A DNA stretch of 64,000 nucleotides from Haliotis rufescens (taxonomy: Eukaryota): the NCBI RefSeq assembly GCF_023055435.1, contig NW_025964024.1:3410001-3474000 (forward strand), read 5' to 3'. The translations under genes and the position numbers were made by a program. Position 1 is the first letter of the stretch. Each line of letters opens with the position of its first letter. Shown piece by piece: positions 11,701 to 23,288 of the stretch. A model generated the notes under the pieces. That model saw nothing but the letters and a program-made list of their open reading frames with translations. It searched no databases and was not told where the DNA came from.

Positions 11701-14700
11701 GCTGGAATAATGCTAAAAGCGGCGTAAAACCATACTCACTCACTCACTTGTCACTAAATACAGCTTTTGGTCTGTCCCTTTCTTGTAAAAAGCCATGACA
11801 GCTGTCTGGCACGCCTGTATGGATGTTAGGACGTGATGTTTCATGTTGTCACTTGCTTGTCATATCACAGGTGACTGTTCGCACTTGAAGTCGTGAGTCC
11901 TCTTCTACAACATTGTGGTTACTCGGGTTAGAACCGGTCACCAGCAGCCTATGCTGGTCGTAAGGGGCGACTTATGGATCAGGTGGTCAGAATCGATGAC
12001 TGATTGCATGTCATCATCCCCGGCATGGATAGTTGCTCACAATATCAATCACTGGATTTTCTCGTCCAGTGTTGATTATTTTCAGGTCATCGTCATGTAG
12101 GTGGAATATTGCTGAGTGCGGCTTCAAGCTATAAACAAAGCACACCAAATCTGGTACAAGACAGATCTAATCATGCTTATTGTCACAGAATCATTTCTTG
12201 TAACTTGTGAACTTGTAAAGATAATTGGTTTCTTGTGTCATTGGTTGACACAGTATATGTTGCATGTGTTTGTAGCTTGGCGTACAGCACTTTAAGTGAG
12301 TGAGTGGGTTTGGTTTTACGCCGCTTTTAGCAATATTCCAGCAATATCTCGGCGGGGAACACCAGAAATGAGCTTCACACATTGTACCCATGTCGGGATT
12401 CGAACCCGGGTCTTCGGCATGACGAGCGAACCATTTAACCACTAGGCTACCCAACCGCCCCACAGCACTTTAAGAGTGGGCTTGCGCTCAATGAGTTCAG
12501 CTCACAAGATCCTGTACACCCTGCTTGTAACACATGCAACAAATATCATCATTACAAGTTCACAAATTACAAGGTATACTCCACTTATATGTATCTCATG
12601 ACCCCAAAGCCTAATATGACCATCACTGTATCCTATGCATGTTGTAAGTGACATGTGTCGGTGGAAGGAACTCGTGAAGATCCGGGATAGAGTTTGTCTT
12701 CAGCAACCCATGCTTGTACCAACGGGATCGGGTGGTCAGGCTCACTGACTTAGTAGATGCATGCCATCGTATCACAATTGCGTAGATTGATGCTCATGCT
12801 GTCAATCACTGGATTGTCTGGTCCGGACTCGATTATTTACAGACCGCCATCATATAGCTGGAATATTGCTGAGTGCGGCATTAAACAACAAACAAACAAA
12901 CTAAAGGTTTAAGGACTACTCCGTGATGTGGTCTTTGAATCAAGAAATGTGGTAAGACTCTTGTGTGTCAAGTACCCATGACAGTCCCAATAAACTGACT
13001 GCTGGATCTCTATCACATCCCATTGTTAATCGGCAGTGTTGTGTATGTATTCCAGGAGTGGATATGAGGGCAGTCTTATGAAGCGAACAAAGGAGGCTTT
13101 CGATGAAGGGGAGGCAACTTTTGTCAAGACAAGCCGCTTCAGTATAGAGTCAAGTAAAGGAGTCTCCCTGGCAGATCTGTCCAAAAAGGTAACAAGTCAT
13201 AGTAATTAATAACCCCATGTGGGGACTCCGGTTAGACATGGACCCCAATAACCTATGCTTGATGTAAGAGGTGACTTAATGGATGGGGTGATCAGGCTCG
13301 GTGATTTGTCGATTGTGTGTCATCATATCCTAATGGAATGAATTGTTGCCCATAATATCAATGACTGGATTGTCTGGTTCAGAATCGATTATTTACAGGC
13401 CACCATCATACAGCTGGAGTTTTGTAGTGTCAAACATCAAGCAAATACAAAAACAGACAAAAGCCCATTGATAATTACACTGAATTGGCGACTTATCATC
13501 ATGACACCACGGTTGTATATTGTTCTAAAGTGGCAGTGATTTCTAAAGCATACAGCTGTTATACATTAGACGGATGTGATGGCACTCTGTTAAATAGTTT
13601 CTCCTGTGAAGTAATAGCATTGCTAATCTTACTGGTTGCCTTGATGTGTTTTTGCATATATTTTTCATCATGGCTGTCACATCTGGTGTCGACCTGTGAA
13701 GATCTGGGGTAGAATAGGTCTTCAGCAACCCATGCTTGCCGTAAAAGGCGACCATGCTTGTCGGAAGAGGCGACTAACGGGATCAGGGTGGTCAGGCTCT
13801 CTTGACTTGGTTGATGCATGTCATCATATCTCGATGCTCAAGATGTCAATCACTGGATTGTCTGGTCCAGACTTGATTATTTACATGCCGCCATCATATA
13901 GTTGGAATATTGCTGAGTGCGGCGTTAAACAACAAACAAACAAGCAATCAATCACATGTGGTGTCACATTGAGGTGTGTTCGTGTTACAGAACATCAACG
14001 AGAGTCTGAACAAGGAAGTACAGCAAGCTGTGGAGGAGTATTTGGATCGAGCTGATGTCGTCAACGTTAGTCGACTTCGATGTAAACAAACAAACAAAGT
14101 CGTCACTGTTGGAAATATTCATGTTGTTTGGGATAACTTCAGCAGTCCAGATGTCCAGAGTATTCAGGTATGTGTTGTTGGATGATGGTTGTAATAAATA
14201 ACTCAGTTGCCTGTGATTTGTAAGAGGTTTGACATGACAGTGAGTGGCACATGCGTCCCATGCTAAAGTCCGAGGTTTGACTTTGGACATTGTGTTTTTC
14301 AGATTTGAGGATAAGACTTCTCTCCCTCTCCCTCTCCCTCTCCCTCTCCCTCTCCCTCTCCCCCTCTGTCTCACCATTCACTCACACATGATACAGGTTA
14401 TGTTCGATATCTGCTTGCTTCACCGTGATGTAGAACCATGTGCTTGTGTTACAGATAGCGTCGGCTGTGAAGGAGCTGGTGAGTCAGGCGGGCAGTGACA
14501 GCAGCCCCCACTTCCTGTGTGGGGACTTCAACTCCACAGCCACAAGCGTGGGCTACCAGTTGGCCCGGGACGGATACCTCTCCGACTCAAACATCGCCTC
14601 CTTGCAGGCTGTGGAGAATTTGAAGTTGGAGTCTGGATCTGTGAGTATACAACCCATGTTGTGATTCTGGCTTAGAGTAGGCTTAGAGTGAGCCATTAAG

Positions 14701-16396
14701 CATTTAATCTCAAGTTATCAATCACTTTAATTGTTTTCTTTGGATATTTGAAATGTTTTTACTCCCTTGGTTCCAATCTATTGGGTATTTTTATTCCAAC
14801 ATTTATTTTAAATAGTTCTGGTTAAAATGCTCTTTCATGTAACTTCTATTTTGTATCTGTTTGTATTCTTTCACCAATATGTAACATGTCACATAAACTC
14901 ATAACAGTGATATACAAGTCTAATTTAACAATGTGCGAGATGGAGAGCCATTTTTATGCATTATAGCTGCAGTAGTGTTCACGTACGTACGTACGTACGT
15001 ACATACGTACATGCATTCAGTCAGTAGGTAGAGCGTTTTGCTTTGTGTGGTATGAACAGTGGATAGACGCTTTCAGTTTTTGCAATTGTTTGCCATGTTT
15101 ATAAAGACATGCTTTGATGGTTGTCTTTTGTTTTTTCAGAAGGCTTTGATCAATCACTTGTGGGGGGCCTTCCAGCACACCTCCTCCAATCTGAACAGTG
15201 CATACAACACATGTCAGGTAAACTGTAGTTCCAGATATACACTGGAAACTTTGATGTATAATGTTAGCTAAGGTCAGAAATAGAGATGATTTTACTCACT
15301 TGTGTGTCATACTGATTTTAGGAAATGAGTGTCAGAGTTCTTGTATTTCCCAGCGAGAGCAAGGGTAATACATGAATTTTTAACATGAATTTCGTAAAAT
15401 CCGTATGACACACATGTGAGTGTGATGCTTTCTCTTATACCCATTATTTCTTAATCCTTTTGAGCTCCCCTTTAGAAAAATGCACAGATCACCACCTCTG
15501 TCCTAGAAAACCACAATTTGTCAAGTTACGTCAATCATCTTCAGCTATGATGTCATTTTTAGTGTGATGTCATTCCAACTGTACATCACAATATGATTCA
15601 AATGATGCCAATGCTGTTCAAGTGACTAAAACAATACACACAATACAATGGTGCACGAGAAGTGATGTTTGCACTACTGTACATACAATCTTTATGAAGT
15701 CGGTTATTTCTATTAATAAGCATTCAATATGAACTTGCAGTTGATTCAGTGTAGTGGAAACTTATGGAAGTTTTCTGATCTTGGTTGTGATACCCGGTCA
15801 GTATTCACTTTAGTGTAAAACAGAAGGGAATCTATGTAGAGATGGAGAGGTTAAGTTAGACAGCAGCTACTGGGAACAGCATATTGGTCAGGGCCTTGTT
15901 TCACAAAGCGGTCTTAGCACTAAGACGATCATAACACCCATACTTGACATATACTTTCCTGTATTCCCCAGAAACCTATGCAGGTCACGAGAGGCAACCA
16001 AATGGATCGGGTTGTCAGGCTCTGTGGTGTGCCTCATTAACCAACATGGCTTAATGCTGCATGGCCAATTTGTATTTTAGTGTTATGATAGGGAACATTT
16101 AACAAGAGTGTTACTGGAATGTTGGAACTGTATATTCAAATGCTGTTTACACTTATCACGTGTCCATCTTTAACGTGAAGTCTGCTATGTTTCAGGACGG
16201 GGAGCCAGAATTTACAACCTACACAAGTAACATGTTGGAGGGAGTGGATTATATTTTCTATGGCAGCGATGGACTGGGTGCGGCCGACATCCTCAGGGTC
16301 GTGGACAGCTCAGTTTTGGAGGAAACGGGTGGGATACCCAACCAGGACTTCCCATCAGACCATCTCTCACTCAAGTCAACCCTCTACTTTAAATAG
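5741..16396 (+). CDS. Gene 1: EEP-superfamily nuclease (CCR4/Angel/nocturnin/PDE12-like) with a very long low-complexity N-terminus, ~1277 aa, 9 coding exons
   Basis: Exons 5741-5892, 7125-7222, 7985-10254, 10957-11495, 13056-13188, 13991-14167, 14455-14640, 15140-15217, 16196-16396. All GT-AG and phase-compatible (total 3834 nt). Spliced protein has the EEP motifs in order: VASYNILAE, ADILCLQEV, KRT..FDEGEATFVK..RF, GNIH, LCGDFNS, FTTY..VDYIFY, PSDHLSL. No LRR domain seen. Confidence 0.9.
7648..7803. mobile_element. ~155-bp MITE (relatives ~35636-35790 and ~59296-59451)
   Basis: TIR cagcg.tagaaa; internal actagtcc motifs shared by the three copies. Confidence 0.7.
9883..10074 (+). repeat. 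Coding 24-nt tandem repeat (EPSVE[KI]SK, ~8 copies) in gene 1
   Basis: gagccttctgttgagaaaagcaaa-like units kept in frame. Confidence 0.9.
11581..11745 (+). mobile_element. SINE family A
   Basis: Full copy, TSD acttgtcactaaa. Confidence 0.9.
11920..12138 (+). mobile_element. SINE-like family B (diverged)
   Basis: Similar to the 813 copy. Confidence 0.7.
12297..12461 (-). mobile_element. SINE family A
   Basis: Full copy, TSD acagcactttaag. Confidence 0.9.
12670..12901 (+). mobile_element. SINE-like family B
   Basis: Similar to the 813 copy. Confidence 0.85.
13220..13450 (+). mobile_element. SINE-like family B (diverged)
   Basis: Similar to the 813 copy. Confidence 0.7.
13691..13945 (+). 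mobile_element. SINE-like family B
   Basis: Similar to the 813 copy. Confidence 0.85.
14320..14362 (+). repeat. (CTCTCC)n microsatellite
   Basis: Read directly. Confidence 0.95.
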
Positions 16397-16500
16397 GTAA
16401 CTTCCCATCAGACCTCTCACTCAAGTCAACCCTCTACTTTAAATAGGTAACTTCCCATCAGACCATCTCTCACTCAAGTCAACCCTCTACTTTAAATAAG
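16348..16500 (+). repeat. Tandem triplication of the last codons plus stop of gene 1 (53/50/50 nt)
   Basis: cttcccatcagac(cat)ctctcactcaagtcaaccctctactttaaata x3. Confidence 0.95.
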
Positions 16501-16526
16501 TGACACTACCCGCTGTAAGGGTATCT

Positions 16527-16885
16527 GGTGAGATGAGGTGAGATGAGGTGAAATTGGGTTTAACGTCTTGTCCAAGATAATTGCACTTATATAGCAACGT
16601 GCATGCACGTGTGTGTGGCTGCTTGTACTAGTCCGGACTGATGCCGATTTATAGTGCTAGCACACTGAGATACCATGCTGCAGTTTAACATGAATACCCC
16701 ACTCAGACACAGTATACTGACTCCGAGCCGACCAGTCCTTGTTTTAGCCCCTTAATGCCGAGCGCCAGACAGGGTAACAACAAGTACCATCTTTTAACGT
16801 CTTTTGGTATGATGCAGCCGGGGATCGAACCCCGGACCTTCCGCTCTCCGGGCGGCCGCTCTACCATTAGACCACTGAGGCGGTC
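16527..16885 (-). mobile_element. tRNA-derived SINE family C (V-SINE-like central domain)
   Basis: tRNA head with GGTTCGATCCC B box; core caaggactggtcggctcggagtcag..gctagcactataaa recalled as resembling the molluscan V-domain; (CTCAC/CTCAT)n tail. Confidence 0.8.
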
Positions 16886-16952
16886 TCTCAGACATGGATG
16901 TCCCTCAGTAACCTTGGTGTTATCTGCCTTCTACAGACTTCTTTTCCAGTGA

Positions 16953-17270
16953 GACTGCCTACGTTGTCTTGTGGTAGAGCGTCCGCCCTGGGTTCGATCC
17001 TCGACCGTGTCATACCAGAAGATGTTAAAAGATGGTATTTGTTGTTAACCTGCCTGGCGCTTGACAGTAAGGGGACAAAACAAGGACTGGTTGGCTCAGA
17101 GTCAGTACACTGTGTCTGAGGGGGGTATTCTTGTTAAACTGCAACATGGTATCTCAGTGGGCTAGCACTATAAACTCAGCATTATTTGGGACTTGTTCAA
17201 GTGCATACACACGCGCACACATATATAAGTGCGATAATCTTGAATGTGACATTAATCCCCATTTCACCTA
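16953..17270 (+). mobile_element. SINE family C
   Basis: Inverted partner of the 16527 copy. Confidence 0.8.
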
Positions 17271-18716
17271 ACCATCATGAAACTCATATTTCATACTTGC
17301 TAAATCTTCCACCAAGTTGCAGATAATTAACTTTTGGTGAGACCATCATTGTTAGTGAGCAGAAGGATCCCAGTCTGACTGGCATTATCTATGACCAGCT
17401 AGTAACCATGACTTGTCTCTGTTGCAGGTACAGGCAATACTGACAGTCCAGCTACATCACAGAATTAGCATCACCCTGGCTTCCTCTCAAAGAAAGGACT
17501 ACATTGCTTCTACAAAGACAGGGAACAGATTATTTATATTTTCTGAAATATTGAAGTATTTGTCAAGGAAATATCCAGCTCATGGTAAAATGAATTGGCT
17601 GAATTAACATGTCAGCTTTGTGTGTAACTATATTATAGTTAGGCTTCCCAGGAGCTGGACGAGTGCTGAGCAAGTGTCAATGATTCTTTATATGAGCAGC
17701 CATTTGCAGCTGTCTCGTTGGGTATTCCATATTTCTTCTCGAGTTCGAACACAGTATGCAGTTAGGGCAGAACCCACAGATTGATCTAGCAGCTAGTTGA
17801 ATGGGAAAATGATCTAGTCTAAAATAAAGCGAAGTATGACGTGAAATATAGAAGTCCTTAGATTGGACCTGCTCTCTGTAGCAAGTTCACTGTTTCAGGT
17901 TGAATGTTCACAGTTTTTCATTATCGTTAGTTGTTAAATGAACTACCTGAAAAGTATTTAGCGGTATTCCTGGACTTGTTAGTTTGTTAATTTTATTTAG
18001 CAGTTGTTTGAAGGTGACGATCAACACAATCTTGAGACATCACACACTGATCGGGTGTAACAACTATGGGGTGTTTTCACGTTTCATGAATATTGCAGTA
18101 TTTTATTACATGTTGCAGTCGTGATGTGAATGTGAAAGGAATTAATGAATAGACCAAAATGCAGTATCTAATACAGATATATAGATATTACTTTTATCAA
18201 ACTGCTCTCTATTTTTACTGGAATGTAAAGAACGGTAGTAACTTGCAGGTGTTGGTTAAATTTGAATTAGAACATGTGCTGCTTTGTAAATATTGCAAAT
18301 TATTAGTGCTTAGCAAAATGAAGGCATGTTACATTTCGACTCCATTTTGCAGGAGACGGATGTCAGGACGTGTTAGGTTACAGAAGCAGTTGAAGATACT
18401 CATATATCAATACCTTCATTGTCCTTCTCTTACATGTTGCATTATAAATTGAACTTGGATATTGCATTACACTGTGTGTAGTTTACACACCCAAGTTTTG
18501 CTTGTTAGGAATTGTTAACTGTCAGGAATGCATCTTATAAGCCTGTTATGTTTCAATATGGTCGTGTATTGCATGGCACCTCCCCTAAGTTGTTACACCT
18601 GTAGTTGCTGGGGCATACTATGACTACAGACTGTATTCTGTATGCCAAGATGTTCGCATTACTGACTGTAGTATTTATGTCCAGCAGATACTCTCACACA
18701 AGCTATAAACCGTACG

Positions 18717-19050
18717 CCCCGCAGTGCTGTCAGTACAAACTATAGTCTGTATGCCCAGCAGTGCTCTCAGTACAAACTATAGTCTGTACACCCAGCAGTG
18801 CTCTCAGTACAAACTATAGTCTGTATGCCCAGCAGTACTCTCAGTACAAACTATAATCTGTATACCCAGCAGTGCTCTCAGTACAAACTATAGTCTGTAT
18901 GGCCAGCAGTACTCTCAGTACGAACGATACTCTGTACGCCCAGCAGTGCTCTTAGTACAAACTATAGTCTGTATGCCCAGCGGTGCTCTCAGTACAAACT
19001 ATAGTCTGTATGCCCAGCAGTGCTCTCAGTACGAACTATAGTTCTGTACA
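18717..19050 (+). repeat. 37-bp minisatellite, ~9 units
   Basis: cccagcagtgctctcagtacaaactatagtctgtatg head-to-tail with no spacers; degenerate units further upstream. Confidence 0.92.
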
Positions 19051-19880
19051 TCTACTGACTGAAATAAAATTTAGCATCAACATCATGTACACCCGGTTAT
19101 CTTCCCTGAAGCCAAACAATGACTCGTATGACAACCTATTTTTGTTACCAGAATTACTGTTTGTTTGTTCATTTCTTTATTATGAAATTAGTATTGTAAA
19201 TACTATGGAATAGTGTGTGCGTTGCCATTTTGAAGTCACCTGGTTTCACCGAGACATCACAAAAACACAGGAGCAGTAAGTGACACATTTCCCTACAAAC
19301 TTTTGCATGCTGACACTATATGGCTCCTAAGGAGGCTTTATCAATACACCACCTCATCTTGTGGACTGCAGTATAACTTGTCCCATTTGATACAGAATAA
19401 GCATGTGTTGGGGTGAAAATTGAAGTCCAGCTGTGAAACACAACCACTTGATATGGCTGGCCACAGTAGAGTCACATGATATGTCAGTGCAGTGTTCGAA
19501 ACTATCTCAACTGGAAATAGGTAGCTAATTTATTTTTGAAGGGCAAAATCGTCTCCGCATTGACAAGCAGCATGATTAAACTCCATGTCAAGTCTTACAC
19601 AGAAATATATGGGAAATTGTCTTGTTATATCATACCATGAAATATTATGAAGTTGTTACAATCTGCATCCTCCCACCTCTCCCATGAGATGTCATCTTGT
19701 CTTCAATCCAATCACACAGCAAAGACACAATGCAAGTGTTCCCAGTGAAATTACTGGTGTTACTTGGCTGGAAAGAGTGTTTGGTGCTTGTGTCTGCATC
19801 AGCAACATTCTTTTAGACGCTCAAACGTCACACTTAATTCCCAGGTAGTTTTTCTTTTTTACTCTTAGCATTAAACCCTG

Positions 19881-19988
19881 GGGCTTGTTCCACAGAGCGA
19901 TCGTAGCGCAACTGCTGTCATAAGCCTGTGTTAAAGTATGGGAGTTACGATCACCATAGTGCTGAGACTGCTTTGTGGATACCGGCCC
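19881..19988. mobile_element. Single-unit copy of the same CWG MITE (others ~2481-2850, ~15891 partial, ~44968-45055 diverged)
   Basis: ctg|gggcttgttccacagagcgatc...gctttgtggataccggccc|ctg. Confidence 0.75.
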
Positions 19989-22420
19989 CTGCACTAGCAC
20001 CAATTCCATTGCCAGAGAACCAGTAGTTGTGCTGTTCAGACTTTTACCTACTGCATTTGAATATGTAAAGGGTTTCCAGCAACAGTCGCTGGTTCAACAC
20101 TTTGCCATTACATGTGCTTAGTCAGGATAGATACGATTACAGGTTACATGCCAACTTGGTTTTGTATCACACATGCCTACTTTCTGTAATTGTTGAATAT
20201 TTTAGCTACATTAGCAATTTATTCTTAACATTTCTCATTATTTTATGAAGTTGTTAAAAAGTGTTGTAAAAGGTAGAAATGTTGGTTTATATCAATTTCA
20301 TTTTAGACGAAACTGTTTTAGAAATAAATCTAGCTTCCATGGCACTCCTCACAAAACGGTTTGTTATATCTAGACGAAGACATTGCTTGTATTTAGGTAT
20401 CTGAGTCCAATATTGGTGCGAAACATTGTGGAAAAACTTGTACTAGAATAATTCGAGTTGTTGGTATCTTGTTCGTGCGGGCATGGGAAACATCCCATCT
20501 TATTTTTTTAAAACACCGTTAATACTTACAGGCATAAGGTGCAAACAGCTTGACAAACTATATAATATATTGCCTTATTTTTAACTGCTTGTATCCAGTA
20601 CCTATTGCCCACTTTGAATTTGAGCCCAATGCTTGCCCGAGCAAAATGCACCTTATTACCTTAAATAGGCTTGAACACTGTGTATTCCCAGAAGAATTAA
20701 CTGTTTAATTGGCATTCTAGAAGTTGGTGCGTGAATAAAAACATGTGCAACTGTATGGATAAGTTTCTGGTTCATGCAATAGCGATATTTAATAACTAAG
20801 AATCTACATCGTAAAATGTCGCTAATGCAATTAACCAGAAGTTGGTATCGATAACATACGTTTCTTACCAAGCAGAATTGTCTTCCTTTATCACAAAGAC
20901 TCTGCATTAATAGTTTCTGCTTGGTTGTCTGGTACAGTTAAAGGTTGGAATAGGCAGGTTATTTCCTCGAAGCTGTTATGCTATGTGCTGATTCACACGT
21001 TCACTATCCTATCCTATGCTTTTATATAAATAGTTTTACCTACTCTTACTAATCAGTTGACTATCAGCTGCGTATCCACTACCCATTGGGTATTCTTTGG
21101 CTGACTATGTCCTCAGCAGGCTATCATTGTCTTAAGAGGTTAATAAAACAGGGATTTGTGACACCCATGGCCACCAAGTGTGAATACTATTACCTTTGAA
21201 AACTATTTGAAGACCAAAACTTTGCCAAATTGCCAAATTTGTGAGGCATTACCTCAACACAAATTGATGCCCACACTTTCAAACGCTGGCTTGCCTTCTT
21301 CTGGCGCCTTATTCTTTACAAGCAATCAAGATATTGGCGTGTCTTGCTGATCACTCCTCTGTCGCTTCTGTACCAAAGGCTACCCAGCCTCACTCATTCA
21401 CATACTGTCTCCATCTACCGCAGTCACATAGACTGCAGTGCTATCCCACAAGGACACATGCCCTGAGGGTTATATATGGCCCAGGGGCAGAGAGAGTTCA
21501 TCCATCGATGTCACATCATACAATGCCATCGTGTCGTGAGCAAGTTGCAGGTTTGGTATTTTATGTATTGTTGTTATAACATTTTATAGTATTTCACAGG
21601 TTAAAGAATTTTTTTTTTAATATGTATTTTAGCGCACCATTGTTCTTTATAAATCCATGTTACGTCATTCATTACAAAACAAATATTGTAAATAACTGAT
21701 TTGTATAATTCAGGAAATGAATTCTGTATCTCATTTAATCTGAATAAAGCATTACTCTTTAGAAACTGTTCACTTGTCATTGTGATTCTCTGTTCAAAAT
21801 GGCGTTTACTAAACCCAATTTAACTCATTCAGACTGGTGACGTAGGGACAACAATTGGCTCTGCAATTGCGCCAGGATCCTGTGGTTGTGACTTCGTATC
21901 GAAGATTCCACTTAATGGTACACATGGTCATGGATTTCTCCAAACACAGACGTATCTTCGGGGTTTACTCCTCCCTGGGGATTATACAAACCAAGCTGCC
22001 GTGTGAGGCGCTAGACGCTTCAACAGTCTCTTACTCGTTTATGGTTTACACCAAATCATACATTCACCACTGAACTTTACTTATAATGAGCCTATTAGTG
22101 TCCATAGCTCTTCGTAAAACACCACCAGCTACTGAATTTCCAACCTGATTCATGATGAAACTCGTGAACTAAATGTCTCAAGTATATTAAAGGGTCATGC
22201 AACGCGAAAACCACTCGAATACATGACAAATTGCATACCTTTTGATCAACACAATAAGTTCCTATGATGTATCATGAAAAGTTATTCACTATCGAAAATG
22301 GAATATTCCAAATCCAAGAGGGCTATCACAAGGCATGTGCCATCTTCCTGAAGCAGGCGTCCACCAGCCTGTATCAAGGCCCAGGCTAGTGGACGCTCTT
22401 GCCTTGGGAAGATGGGAATA

Positions 22421-22660
22421 CCGTATTTCCTCTAGTAGACGCCGGGCCTCGGGCCTCTAATAGAAGCCGGGTCAATTGTTCAGTGCAAAAAATAGAAGCC
22501 GGGCCTCATATAAATAAATATTTCCATTTCGTGACGATTCGGGACATTAGTGGTCACAGTGAAATGGGGGTATTAATAGAAGCCGGGCCTCCAATAGACG
22601 CCGGGTCAAAGGCTTGTCCGAAATAAATAGAAGTCCGTGCGTCTAATAGAGGAAATACGG
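22421..22660. mobile_element. TA-flanked MITE (Tc1/mariner-pogo type)
   Basis: TIR ccgtatttcctcta.tagacgc, TA on both sides, internal aatagaagccgggcc repeats. Confidence 0.85.
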
Positions 22661-23288
22661 TATGCTTGCTATACATGTTAACAGATATTTTGAAGAGTTT
22701 CCACGGAGGAACTTAATTATGTACAGAAAGTATAACCTTTACACAATGCATATTATGGCTAAAGGCATCACTAATGCAGGGTACACTACTAAACATGTTT
22801 CAAGAGATAATCGTCCCTGGTTTGGGGAACGAAATGGGCCCATACATCCCTGCATAATTAATAGTGTCGACGGGATACAAAGTGTCTATATTCCCCGACT
22901 GGGATCCTGGCTGGACAAAGCTGGCTGCGGTACTAAATGTCGGAAGCAGATAGCCAACCCGCAACCAGACTGGTCTCCTGCCCTCATGCTTTTCCTCAGC
23001 TAGCTGGCATAGTATCGCGCGCAACAGAGGCAGGGGACCAGTCTAAGCAACAACGTGCCATTTGATGCAATAACGTCTCCCTACAGAAGGTCAAGGTCAG
23101 AGAAATGTACTTAGGCGGGCGTGATTTTAGTTTTATGCACATAGTTCACGAACAACTTCTGAAAACATCCCTGCATGAAAAGCTGCTTATCGTGAGTACG
23201 TTGAAAGTACTAGAGAGGTAACGTGAAATGGTTTGACGGAATATGTGTGTTTGTCGGAGATGAACGTAACAACATCACTGACGACAAA

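Noticed and set aside
14139-14498. ER/GR/LP dipeptide-repeat ORFs
   Set aside because: Translations of the intronic (CTCTCC)n microsatellite.
18717-19050. 37-bp repeat array resembling CRISPR
   Set aside because: Units are contiguous with no unique spacers, no cas genes, eukaryotic context: a minisatellite.
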